A stretch of DNA of 34,014 nt from Actinomycetota bacterium (GCA_028696435.1 JAQVHC010000002.1:1-34014); one strand, 5' to 3'; shown: positions 17,544-26,332, counted from the stretch's first letter. Notes: a model not told the origin generated them from the letters alone. Numbers and translations are program-made.

Positions 17544-17805
17544 CGGATTCAGGCAATATATCATTATAATCGTTATATGAATAACGGACCCTGCATAAAA
17601 TCACATAGAGAAAAGTAATATTGTCCGGTATCCTGTATCAGGGCAGTAATTAATCACCTTTAAAAAATATTCTAAGAAATCTCCTTAAAACCAGCTAAAT
17701 CTGGAAAATGGTTTTCAGAGTAGAACTTATAACTGGCTTAATCTATCTAATATTTTTGTTGAAATATGGGAAAGATGATTAATTGCTGGTGTCAGGGTAT
17801 TTTTA

Positions 17806-17834
17806 TTGACATTTATTTATTGACTGGATAATAT
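17806..17834 (+). promoter_or_regulatory. Sigma-70-type promoter upstream of tRNA-Gly
   Basis: TTGACA (17806-17811), a 17-nt spacer, then TAATAT (17829-17834). Confidence 0.5.
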
Positions 17835-17909
17835 TTGTTTTACGATAAAATGATAATATAATAATGACCTGGGGTAAATAAGGTAACCCGGGGTAAATAA
17901 TAAGTTCAG

Positions 17910-17985
17910 GCGGAAGTAGCTCAGCTGGTAGAGCATCACCTTGCCAAGGTGAGGGTCGCGGGTTCGAGTCCCGTCTTCCGCTCCA
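17910..17985 (+). tRNA. tRNA-Gly (anticodon GCC), CCA encoded
   Basis: Acceptor gcggaag/cttccgc, D-arm gctcagctggtagagc, anticodon stem tcacc/ggtga with loop ttGCCaa, T-arm gcgggTTCGAGTcccgt, then U-CCA. Confidence 0.9.
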
Positions 17986-18183
17986 TTTTTATATGTACAT
18001 AATTTCCCTGATATGTTATTAAGAGAAGTGATAGAGAAGTAATGTGAAAAAAGTAAAAGGTAATTTATGATATATCCAGCAGGCTGGTTGCTATAATCTG
18101 TAATTACTGTAAAGAATTTACAGATTGTTAAAACAGGAATAAAATTTAAGGAAATAAAATTTAATAAGCACAGATAATTTAAG

Positions 18184-20118
18184 ATGATTGAAATTAATTT
18201 TAAAAATGCAGGAAAAGTTAAAGTAGAGAAAGGTACTACCATTCTAGAAGCGTTAGAAAAGATAGATATGGAGATAGCCCGTAGAACAATAGCAGCTGAA
18301 ATAGTAAGCGGGCAGGAAGGAAATGGGGAAGGCAGAATTGTTGATTTAAACAGCACTTTAGAAAAAGATTCTATTTTTAATGTTATTACTACAGATGACC
18401 ATAAGAAAGCTATTGATATATTAAATCACAGCACATCACATATAATGGCTGCAGCCATTAAAAAAGTATTCCCTGATGCAAAGTTTGCTATTGGACCAGC
18501 AATAAAAGATGGTTTTTATTATGATTTTGAAACTTCCAGTAATGTAACAACGGAAAGCCTTCCTGTTATAGAAGAAGAAATGAAAAAAATTATAAAAGCA
18601 GACTATAAGTTTATAAGAAATGAGATAGAAAAAGATGAAGCAAGAAAAATTTTTAAAGACAACCCGTATAAACTTGAATTAATAGATGAGATAAAAGATG
18701 AGAAGGTTAGTATATATACCAGCGGGGATTTTACAGATCTGTGTTCGGGACCACATATACCATCAACCGGGATGGTTAAAGCATTTAAATTACTGAGTAT
18801 TGCAGGAGCTTACTGGAGAGGAAATGAAAAAAATAAAATGCTGGTAAGGATATATGGAACTTCATTCTTTAGTAAAGAAGAATTAAAAAAGTACCTTGAG
18901 AGAATTGAATTAGCAAAAAGAAGTGACCACAGAAAAATAGGAAAAGACCTCGATCTTTTTAGTTTTCATGATGAAGCACCGGGATTTCCATTTTTTCACC
19001 CAATGGGTAAGGAGCTTGTAAATATAATACTTGATTACTGGAAAGAAGAGCATGAAAAAGAAGGTTACATGGAAATTAGCACCCCGATTATACTGAGCAA
19101 TAAATTATGGAAAACCTCGGGACACTGGGATAATTACAGAGAAAATATGTATTTTGTAAAAATTGATGAAGAAGATTATGCGGTAAAACCGATGAACTGC
19201 CCCGGCACAATTATTGTATATAAGTCAAATCAACATTCATATAAGGAACTACCAATAAGAATAGCAGAACTGGGCCTTGTGCACAGGCATGAAAAGTCAG
19301 GTGTATTACACGGGCTATTCAGAGTGAGAAGTTTTACGCAGGATGATGCACATATATTCTGTACGGAAAAGCAGGTAGAAGATGAGGTGTCCGGAGTAAT
19401 AAGTCTCATTGACAGGATATACAGGGTATTTGGTTTTGAAAAGTATTATCTTGAGCTCTCAACAAGGCCGGAAAAAAGAATAGGAACTGATGAAATGTGG
19501 GATAAAGCAGAAAATATGTTAAGAAGTGCGATTGAAAGCAAAGAGCTCGATTATATTGTAAATGAAGGAGAGGGTGCGTTTTACGGCCCAAAAATTGATT
19601 TTCATATTGAAGACTGTCTTGGCAGAACATGGCAGTGCGGCACTATTCAGCTTGATTTTGCCATGCCTGAAAAGTTTGATATTGAATATATGGGCGAGGA
19701 TAACGCAAGACACAGACCTGTGATGATACACAGGACCGTGCTTGGAAGCATTGAAAGATTTATTGGGATTCTACTGGAGCATTACAGCGGAAATTTACCT
19801 CCCTGGCTTGCACCGCGCCAGGTTATAGTGCTTCCTATTTCAGATAAATATCGTAGCTATGCAGAAAAAGTATATAATTATTTGAAAAGTAATGGTTTTA
19901 GAATGGAAATAGATAATAGAGTAGAATCATTAAATAAGAAGATAAAACAGGCAGAGCTAAGGAAGATACCTTATATGATTATAGTTGGTGAAAATGAGGA
20001 GAGAACCGGTACTGTTACTGTGAGGAAAAAAATTGGTGGTGATATAAGGGAAATCGAACTGGAAGATTTTACCTGTCAGATAAGAAATATTGTTGAAAGT
20101 AAAGAAAAAACTTATTAA
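18184..20118 (+). CDS. thrS: Threonyl-tRNA synthetase
   Basis: 644 aa. It has an N-terminal TGS domain, the editing-domain HSTSH motif, class II core motifs (FRVRSFTQDDAHIF, GAFYGPKIDF), and a C-terminal anticodon-binding domain. Confidence 0.95.
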   Translation: MIEINFKNAGKVKVEKGTTILEALEKIDMEIARRTIAAEIVSGQEGNGEGRIVDLNSTLEKDSIFNVITTDDHKKAIDILNHSTSHIMAAAIKKVFPDAKFAIGPAIKDGFYYDFETSSNVTTESLPVIEEEMKKIIKADYKFIRNEIEKDEARKIFKDNPYKLELIDEIKDEKVSIYTSGDFTDLCSGPHIPSTGMVKAFKLLSIAGAYWRGNEKNKMLVRIYGTSFFSKEELKKYLERIELAKRSDHRKIGKDLDLFSFHDEAPGFPFFHPMGKELVNIILDYWKEEHEKEGYMEISTPIILSNKLWKTSGHWDNYRENMYFVKIDEEDYAVKPMNCPGTIIVYKSNQHSYKELPIRIAELGLVHRHEKSGVLHGLFRVRSFTQDDAHIFCTEKQVEDEVSGVISLIDRIYRVFGFEKYYLELSTRPEKRIGTDEMWDKAENMLRSAIESKELDYIVNEGEGAFYGPKIDFHIEDCLGRTWQCGTIQLDFAMPEKFDIEYMGEDNARHRPVMIHRTVLGSIERFIGILLEHYSGNLPPWLAPRQVIVLPISDKYRSYAEKVYNYLKSNGFRMEIDNRVESLNKKIKQAELRKIPYMIIVGENEERTGTVTVRKKIGGDIREIELEDFTCQIRNIVESKEKTY

Positions 20119-20230
20119 CTATTCTATACTGGCAGATGAGCTTATTAATACTGGCTGGTAAATAATAATTTTGCCATACCGTTTTGAGAATATGAAAAGG
20201 GTGGACAGGCCTCGTGGAAATCAACAGATA

Positions 20231-20259
20231 TAGACAAAGAGATTAATAATTAGTATAAT
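20231..20259 (+). promoter_or_regulatory. Candidate promoter of the infC-rpmI-rplT(-pheST) operon
   Basis: TAGACA (20231-20236), a 17-nt spacer, then TATAAT (20254-20259). Confidence 0.45.
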
Positions 20260-20265
20260 TCCAGC

Positions 20266-20450
20266 GATATTTTAATAATTTAATAATATATAAAAAAGAA
20301 CAAGTAGAAATCATCTATTTCTCACCGGATAGCGGTTTTACAGACTTGCTAATCTGGTTAAATTTTATGTTATAATTTATAATATATAAAAACAGGTAGA
20401 TGATTTTATCTGCCTGTTTTTTTTAAAAAAACTTATAAGGGGGTGTATAC
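20266..20450 (+). promoter_or_regulatory. infC 5' leader with antiterminator/terminator alternative (L20-leader-like attenuator)
   Basis: About 185-nt untranslated leader ending in an intrinsic terminator 27 nt before the infC start. The 10-nt segment aaatcatcta (20308-20317) is exactly complementary to tagatgattt (20397-20406), which is the 5' arm plus loop of the terminator. Confidence 0.35.
20388..20424 (+). terminator. Intrinsic terminator immediately upstream of infC
   Basis: caggtagat / atctgcctg 9-bp stem with one G-U pair and the loop gatttt. It is flanked by A5 and followed by T8. Confidence 0.7.
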
Positions 20451-20969
20451 ATTAACGATAACAAAAGAATTCGTGTAAACGAGCAGATAAGAGTTCCTGA
20501 AGTAAGATTAATAACAGAAGAAGGTAAACAGATTGGTATTGTTCCGATTGAAGAAGCTTTAAAAGCTGCTGAAGAAAAAGGGCTGGATCTTGTTGAAATA
20601 TCACCTGGAAGTATTCCTCCTGTCTGTAAAATAATAGATTACAGTAAATACAGATATATGATGGAAATATCAGAGAAAACAAAGAAAAAGAAGCAATCGC
20701 AGATTATCATTAAGGAAATAAAATTAAGGCCGAAGATAAACATAAATGACCTGAATACGAAAAGAAAACAGATAGAAAAATTTTTAAACAGTGGCTATAA
20801 AGTAAAGATAACAATTATGTTCAGGGGAAGAGAAATTGTACATAGAGAAATTGGAATGACTATCCTGGATAAATTATTAGAAGAATTAAAAGATAAATGT
20901 ATAATCGAGGTGGAACCCAAAACGGAAGGAAGTAATATAATCACAGTTCTGGCTCCTATTTTTAAATAA
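20451..20969 (+). CDS. infC: Translation initiation factor IF-3, non-canonical ATT start
   Basis: The frame is open from an in-frame TAA at 20436. The N-terminal INDNKRIRVNEQIRVPEVRLITEEGKQIGIV is the conserved IF-3 N-domain and lies upstream of the first ATG at 20658. No ATG, GTG or TTG is available in frame. ATT at 20451 lies 5 nt after the SD AAGGGGGTG. Confidence 0.85.
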   Translation: MNDNKRIRVNEQIRVPEVRLITEEGKQIGIVPIEEALKAAEEKGLDLVEISPGSIPPVCKIIDYSKYRYMMEISEKTKKKKQSQIIIKEIKLRPKININDLNTKRKQIEKFLNSGYKVKITIMFRGREIVHREIGMTILDKLLEELKDKCIIEVEPKTEGSNIITVLAPIFK

Positions 20970-21006
20970 AAAATCTAACTAAATATAAACTGGAAGGACA
21001 TTAGTT

Positions 21007-21201
21007 ATGCCAAAAATCAAGACACATAAAGGTGCTGCCAAAAGGTTTAAAATTACAGGCAGTGGAAAAATTTTAAGAGTTAAAGCATATAAAAGTCATA
21101 TTCTTACAAAGAAGAATGCTAAAAGGAAAAGACGCCTTGGAAACGTAGAAAAAGTGTCTTTATCAGATAAGAAAAAAGTAAGAAGACTGCTGGGAAAGTA
21201 A
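21007..21201 (+). CDS. rpmI: 50S ribosomal protein L35
   Basis: [21 protein letters not shown]... is the canonical L35 sequence, 64 aa. Confidence 0.95.
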   Translation: MPKIKTHKGAAKRFKITGSGKILRVKAYKSHILTKKNAKRKRRLGNVEKVSLSDKKKVRRLLGK

Positions 21202-21236
21202 AGAAAAGAATTAATCAAGAAAGGTGAGTGAACTAA

Positions 21237-21593
21237 ATGACCAGGGTTAAAAGAGGGCAAGTTAAAAGGAATAAACATAATAAAGTATTAAAAGAAGCAA
21301 AAGGATATTATGGGTCTAAAAGTAGAAGCTATAAAATTGCAAAACAGCAGCTTCTTAAATCAATGAGCTATTCCTATCGCGACAGGAAAAATAATAAAAG
21401 AAACTTTAGAAGGTTATGGATTATAAGAATTAATGCTGCTGCAAGGATAAACGGGTTATCATATAATGAGTTTATTAATGGTCTGAAGAAGGCTAATATT
21501 GATATAAATAGAAAAATGCTGTCAGAAATGGCAGTAAATGATCCAGAAGCTTTTAAAGAACTGGCTGAAGCTGCAAAGAAAAAACTTACATAA
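21237..21593 (+). CDS. rplT: 50S ribosomal protein L20
   Basis: [29 protein letters not shown]...[23 protein letters not shown] is the canonical L20 sequence. Confidence 0.95.
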   Translation: MTRVKRGQVKRNKHNKVLKEAKGYYGSKSRSYKIAKQQLLKSMSYSYRDRKNNKRNFRRLWIIRINAAARINGLSYNEFINGLKKANIDINRKMLSEMAVNDPEAFKELAEAAKKKLT

Positions 21594-21597
21594 AATT

Positions 21598-22641
21598 ATG
21601 GATGAAAAAGAAAAAATAGATGATATAAACAATTTAATAGAATCAGAGCTTGTTAATTTTACTAGAGAACTTGATAATGTAAAAAGTTTATCAGAGCTTG
21701 AAAGTGTAAAAACAAAATATACCGGTAAAAAGAGTTTTCTAACTGTAACTTTAAGAAATATCGGTAGTTTACCTGTGCAACTAAGACCGATTATAGGCAA
21801 CAAATCCAATGCTGCCCGTAAAAAAATTGAAGCAGATATACTTAAAAAGGAGCAGTTTTTAAAAGGGATAGAGTACGAGAAAAAACTGAGAGAAGAAAGT
21901 ATTGACCTGTCTTTGCCGGGAAGAGGAATAAAAGCTGGAAGGAAAAATATTATTTCCAGTGTAATTGAGGAAATAGAAGAAATATTTATTGGTATGGGAT
22001 TTGAAATAGCAGAAGGTCCTGAAGTTGAAACAGATTATTATAATTTTGAGGCACTAAACACTCCTGCTGATCATCCTGCGAGATCATTACACGATACTTT
22101 TTTTGTGTCTGACAGTATTTTACTAAGAACTCATACCTCACCGGTACAGATAAGATATATGGAAAAAAATAAACCTCCTATTTTTATAATAGTACCTGGC
22201 AAAGTATACAGGAGAGATTATGATGTCACGCATACACCAATGTTTACACAGATTGAAGGGCTGGTAGTGGATAAAGATATAAATTTTGGCAACCTTAAAT
22301 GGACAATTGAAACATTCGCATATGAAATTTTTGGTAGAAAAAGAAAAGTTAGATTCAGGCCACATTATTTTCCATTTACAGAACCAAGTGCTGAAGTAGA
22401 TGTTTCCTGTAATATATGTGGAGGGAAAGGATGCAGGTCATGTTCGGGTAGCGGATGGCTTGAAATCCTTGGCGCCGGTATGGTGGACCCCAACCTCTAT
22501 AAATTTGTCGGGTATGATCCTGAAGAAGTAAGCGGTTTTGCCTTTGGTATGGGTATAGAGAGAATCTGTATGCTAAAGTATGGTATCGATGACCTGAGAT
22601 TGTTTTTTGAAAATGATCTGAGATTTATAGATCAGTTTTAA
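21598..22641 (+). CDS. pheS: Phenylalanyl-tRNA synthetase alpha subunit
   Basis: Class II motifs HPARSLHDTFF, LLRTHTSPVQIRYM, FRPHYFPFTEPSAEVDV and GFAFGMGIERI. I chose the start at ATG 21598 (MDEKEK), 4 nt after the rplT stop. The ORF-track start at 21538 overlaps rplT. Confidence 0.9.
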   Translation: MDEKEKIDDINNLIESELVNFTRELDNVKSLSELESVKTKYTGKKSFLTVTLRNIGSLPVQLRPIIGNKSNAARKKIEADILKKEQFLKGIEYEKKLREESIDLSLPGRGIKAGRKNIISSVIEEIEEIFIGMGFEIAEGPEVETDYYNFEALNTPADHPARSLHDTFFVSDSILLRTHTSPVQIRYMEKNKPPIFIIVPGKVYRRDYDVTHTPMFTQIEGLVVDKDINFGNLKWTIETFAYEIFGRKRKVRFRPHYFPFTEPSAEVDVSCNICGGKGCRSCSGSGWLEILGAGMVDPNLYKFVGYDPEEVSGFAFGMGIERICMLKYGIDDLRLFFENDLRFIDQF

Positions 22642-22786
22642 CTTTACTTTATACCGGTACCAATATGATGTCAGATTTATTTTTGTAATATCAATTATGT
22701 TTTTTTATATTTTTAGCAGATTTTATACAGTTGTTTATTAGATTTGAGGTATTTTAATCAATTGATTACGGAAGGTAGTTTTTGAA

Positions 22787-25210
22787 TTGAAGGTAACATT
22801 AAATTGGATAAAAGAATTTCTTGATGATTATAATCAAAATAAAATTAGTCCCGGAGATTTTGCTGACATACTTACGATGAGCGGGACTGAAGTTAAAAAG
22901 ATAGAGAATATAGGTAGTAAATATGAAAATATAATTATTGGAAAGATTGTTGATTTTATAAATCACCCCTCGGCTGATAAATTATCTTTATGCAAAGTTG
23001 ATACAGGAACAAGAATTGCCAGTATTGTTTGTGGCGCAAAAAATTTTAAAAAAGGTGATATTGTAGTTACCGCGCTTCCGGGAGCAGTCGTAAACGGAAT
23101 GACCATAAGAGAAAATAAAATAAGGGGACAGATTTCTGAAGGTATGATGTGTTCTGAAATGGAACTCGGACTTTCATCGGATTCAGAAGGAATAATGATA
23201 TTAGATGAAAGCTTCAGAGTTGGAGAAAGTTTTTCAAAATCAGTCGGTCTTGATGATATTGTGCTTGAACTCGAGGTAACTCCAAATCGACCGGACTGTC
23301 TTGGTGTGATAGGGATAGCAAGGGAAATAAGTGCACTTACAGGTATAGAGTTTAAAATTCCTGAGTATGATTTTGACAAAAGGTTAAATATCGATTCAAA
23401 TTTTATTATTGAAATAGAAGATTATAATCTCTGTCCCCGTTATACGGCAAAAATTTTTGAGAATATTACAAATATCCAGACTCCACTGTGGTTAAGAAAT
23501 AGATTGTTAATGTGCGATATCAGGTCAATAAGTCTCATTGTAGACCTGACTAATTATATAATGCTGGAAACAGGACAACCTCTCCATGCTTTTGATAAAG
23601 ATCTGCTGTATTCTAATAAAATAGTTGTAAGAAGAGCAAAAGAGGATGAAAAAATAAAATTGATAGATGATTCCACACGGATTCTTGATAACGATATGCT
23701 TGTAATAGCGGATGAAAAAAAGGCAGTAGCAATTGCGGGTATTATGGGTGGTAAGGACACAGAAATAAATCCGGACACAAAAAATATACTGCTGGAGGCT
23801 GCAAACTTTAATGGTCCTTCTATAATGAGAACCTCAAAAAAAATCGGGTTGCGCTCTGAAGCATCAAATAGATTTGAGAAAAAAATTGACCCGCTTCTTA
23901 CCTTATATGCGGTTGGTAGATTTGAGGATGTTTTAAATAAGATTACTGGCTATGGTATAAAAGGGTGCATTTATGATAATTATAAAAAAACGGAAAGGCA
24001 GAGGAATATAGTTCTGAGAACAGATAGAGTAAAGCAAATTCTTGGTAAGGATATTGATAAAAATACTATATCCCGTATTTTTACAGGATTAAAAATTGAA
24101 AACAGGATTAGAGATAAAAATATAGAAACAATTATACCTTCCTGGCGATATGAAGATCTTGAAAGGGAAATAGATCTTGTAGAAGAGATAGCAAGAATTT
24201 ATGGATATGATAAATTTGATTCCATACCTACTACTGTCACTGGCAGGCGTGGAAAATACACCGGATACCAGAAAGCAGTAAGAGAAATAAGGCAATCACT
24301 CTGCGATATAGGACTCAATGAAGTCATAAATTACTCCTTCTGCAGTATTGACACAATTAAAAAATTCAGGCTGGATCTTGAAAAGGAGTATAGTGATAAT
24401 GTAGAGATATTAAATCCAATAAATGAAGATTTTAGGTACTTAAGAACGACACTTCTGCCCTCTCTTTTAAAAAATGTCAGGGATAATATAAATCATAATA
24501 TAAAGGATATTGGAATATTTGAAATATCAAAGATCTTCAAAAAAAGAAGTGATGAAGATAATGATACATTACCTCTCGAGATAAATAAAATTGGTGTAAT
24601 GCTTACAGGAAAGAGGGTGCAGAAAAGCTGGAGTGAGGAAGAAAGGAACACTGATTTCTATGATTTAAAAGGCATTCTGGAATTTATATATGATAAATAC
24701 TATTTTAATAGCATTCTTAAGATAGAAGAAAGCGACTATAAATTTTTCCACCCACGAATAAATGGCAGTATAAGAATTAACGGGAAAAAAATGGGAATAA
24801 TCGGAAAAATTCATCCCCTTTTAGTTATGGAAGCTGAAATTAATCAGGATGTTTATTATATGGAACTTAATCTGGATGATTTTGTAAACAACATAAGGAA
24901 AGAGAAGAAGTATAAGGCTATAACTAATTTTCCTTCAATAGATGTAGACCTTGCAATAGTTGTTGATGAAGAAATAAAAAATGATGATATTGTTAGCGAA
25001 ATAAAGAAATGTGGCAGCAGTCTCCTGAAAGATGTCCGGCTTTTTGATATTTACAGGGGGCCACAGATAGAAAAGAATAAAAAAAGCATGGCCTATTCTT
25101 TAAATTTCAGAGAAGATTCCAGAACCTTAAAGGATGCTGAGGTTGAAATAATAGTAAAAAGAATTCTTGAAAACCTTGGTAAAAAATTTAATGCAAAGAT
25201 TAGAGAATAA
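22787..25210 (+). CDS. pheT: Phenylalanyl-tRNA synthetase beta subunit (TTG start)
   Basis: 807 aa. MKVTLNWIKEFL N-terminus, a tRNA-binding OB domain, B3/4 and B5 domains, and a C-terminal FDX-ACB domain (DLAIVVDEEI...RLFDIYRG). Confidence 0.9.
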   Translation: MKVTLNWIKEFLDDYNQNKISPGDFADILTMSGTEVKKIENIGSKYENIIIGKIVDFINHPSADKLSLCKVDTGTRIASIVCGAKNFKKGDIVVTALPGAVVNGMTIRENKIRGQISEGMMCSEMELGLSSDSEGIMILDESFRVGESFSKSVGLDDIVLELEVTPNRPDCLGVIGIAREISALTGIEFKIPEYDFDKRLNIDSNFIIEIEDYNLCPRYTAKIFENITNIQTPLWLRNRLLMCDIRSISLIVDLTNYIMLETGQPLHAFDKDLLYSNKIVVRRAKEDEKIKLIDDSTRILDNDMLVIADEKKAVAIAGIMGGKDTEINPDTKNILLEAANFNGPSIMRTSKKIGLRSEASNRFEKKIDPLLTLYAVGRFEDVLNKITGYGIKGCIYDNYKKTERQRNIVLRTDRVKQILGKDIDKNTISRIFTGLKIENRIRDKNIETIIPSWRYEDLEREIDLVEEIARIYGYDKFDSIPTTVTGRRGKYTGYQKAVREIRQSLCDIGLNEVINYSFCSIDTIKKFRLDLEKEYSDNVEILNPINEDFRYLRTTLLPSLLKNVRDNINHNIKDIGIFEISKIFKKRSDEDNDTLPLEINKIGVMLTGKRVQKSWSEEERNTDFYDLKGILEFIYDKYYFNSILKIEESDYKFFHPRINGSIRINGKKMGIIGKIHPLLVMEAEINQDVYYMELNLDDFVNNIRKEKKYKAITNFPSIDVDLAIVVDEEIKNDDIVSEIKKCGSSLLKDVRLFDIYRGPQIEKNKKSMAYSLNFREDSRTLKDAEVEIIVKRILENLGKKFNAKIRE

Positions 25211-25235
25211 ATAGAGAATATAGAGAATAATAAAA

Positions 25236-25964
25236 ATGATAATAGAGTTCCCGGGAACAAAGGGAGAAATTGAAGAAGCTAGCTCCAGCCATAAATATCA
25301 TTCATCTCTTATAGTGAAAGAAAAAACTACTACTGCATTAATTGATTTTGGGATAAAATACAATCCACGCCTGATAAGAGAAATCAATGATTTCAGTTAC
25401 TTGTTAATAACACATGCGCATCCTGACCATTATATATGGACAGTGGAAGAGGAAAGCAGAATAAATATACCGGTCTATCTGACAATTGAAACATTGAATT
25501 ATGGAAAATATAAACCCAAAAATTACAGAGTAATTAAAAGTAGTAGAGAATACATTTTAAATGATTTCAAAGTAAGAGCTTTTGATGTAATACATTCGCT
25601 CAGGTGCCCTGCGGTAGCTTATAAAATTAAAGGTAACAGAACTATAGTATATGCACCGGACATTCTGGATTTTAAAGATGACAAAGAGATGATTCTGGGC
25701 GATGTTGATCTATTAATAGCTGATGGTTCAAGTCTTAATATAAACATGGTAAGAAGAAGTGGGGACAAACTTTTCGGACACACAAGAGTTATAACCATAG
25801 CCGGCTGGTGTAAAAAATACGGAGTGAAAGAGTTAATTATTACTCATTGTGGGAAGCAGATAGTTACTATGGATGAAGATGAGCTAACAGAAAAACTAAA
25901 GAAATACGCGGAAGGAAATATTAACATTAGAGTTGCTCACGATGACCAGGTAATAGAACTATAA
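25236..25964 (+). CDS. MBL-fold metallo-hydrolase
   Basis: HAHPDH (HxHxDH) zinc motif with later conserved His/Asp positions. 242 aa. Confidence 0.75.
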   Translation: MIIEFPGTKGEIEEASSSHKYHSSLIVKEKTTTALIDFGIKYNPRLIREINDFSYLLITHAHPDHYIWTVEEESRINIPVYLTIETLNYGKYKPKNYRVIKSSREYILNDFKVRAFDVIHSLRCPAVAYKIKGNRTIVYAPDILDFKDDKEMILGDVDLLIADGSSLNINMVRRSGDKLFGHTRVITIAGWCKKYGVKELIITHCGKQIVTMDEDELTEKLKKYAEGNINIRVAHDDQVIEL

Positions 25965-26017
25965 TTAAAAAGTCTTCTTGTGCTAAAGCAATCTATTAAA
26001 AATAATCTAAGATAAAT

Positions 26018-26051
26018 AAATACGGGCAGTTTATATTCTGCCCGTATTTTT
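26018..26051 (+). terminator. Intrinsic terminator after the MBL-fold gene
   Basis: aaatacgggcag / ctgcccgtattt 12-bp stem with an 8-nt loop and a trailing T-run. Confidence 0.8.
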
Positions 26052-26155
26052 GTGACGCTGCATTACTCTGTTTTAGAATTTTATCCGGAGTTTTATCACC
26101 TCCTTTAACCTTCTTAAACAATTGCTTCAATAGCTGTGCATCAGATGTGGTCTCT

Positions 26156-26186
26156 AATAATATCTTTTTTAAGATATTATTTTTTT
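26156..26186 (+). terminator. AT-rich hairpin with T-tract (second terminator-like element)
   Basis: aataatatctt / aagatattatt perfect 11-bp stem with loop tttt, followed by T5. Confidence 0.4.
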
Positions 26187-26213
26187 ATTCTATCAGCTAA
26201 TAATGAAGATTTT

Positions 26214-26259
26214 ATGGAGAAATTTTCTCCAGAATTTCTCCATTTTTTTTTCATATAAT
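26214..26259 (+). promoter_or_regulatory. Repeat-containing control region and -10 box of the MFP-ABC-TCS operon
   Basis: TTCTCCA occurs at 26225-26231 and 26236-26242, an 11-bp phasing. An inverted copy atggagaaat (26214-26223) can pair with atttctccat (26234-26243), which is followed by T9. TATAAT lies at 26254-26259. Confidence 0.5.
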
Positions 26260-26332
26260 CTCTTCAAAAAATAAAAAAAGAAAAAAATAAATAATTAAAA
26301 CAAAAAGGTAAAGAAATAAAAAGGGTAAAGAA

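Noticed and set aside
17534-17588. A 14-nt exact direct repeat, atatgaataacgga, spanning the stop codon of the 3D-domain gene and recurring 41 nt downstream.
   Set aside because: It is a short, single duplication with no flanking inverted repeats or coding consequence. It is most likely a local slippage footprint.
17871-17900. The direct repeat ggggtaaataa, present twice with a 19-nt period in the tRNA-Gly 5' leader.
   Set aside because: It is too short to interpret. It is probably part of the precursor leader removed by RNase P, and I have no supporting structure.
17986-18183. A T-box riboswitch upstream of thrS. I also checked upstream of pheS at 21594-21597 and in the pheS-pheT spacer at 22642-22786.
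   Set aside because: There is no T-box consensus (AANNNGGGTGGTACCGCG-like) and no specifier-loop architecture. pheS abuts rplT with only a 4-nt gap. In the thrS leader I saw only an extended -10 (TGCTATAAT, 18089-18097) and a small ctgtaa/ttacag hairpin.
17817-18356. A 179-aa minus-strand ORF.
   Set aside because: It runs antisense through tRNA-Gly and the thrS start, its composition is low-complexity and hydrophobic, and it has no SD. It is an artefact of AT-rich sequence.
21538-21597. The upstream start for pheS given by the ORF track.
   Set aside because: It overlaps the last 56 nt of rplT in another frame. Conserved PheS sequence begins after the ATG at 21598.
22963-23379. A 138-aa minus-strand ORF. 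This entry also covers the other 60-100-aa antisense or out-of-frame ORFs inside opp, amrS, the GGDEF gene, thrS, pheS and pheT.
   Set aside because: All are embedded in strongly supported genes on the opposite strand or in another frame, and they carry no motifs or RBS.
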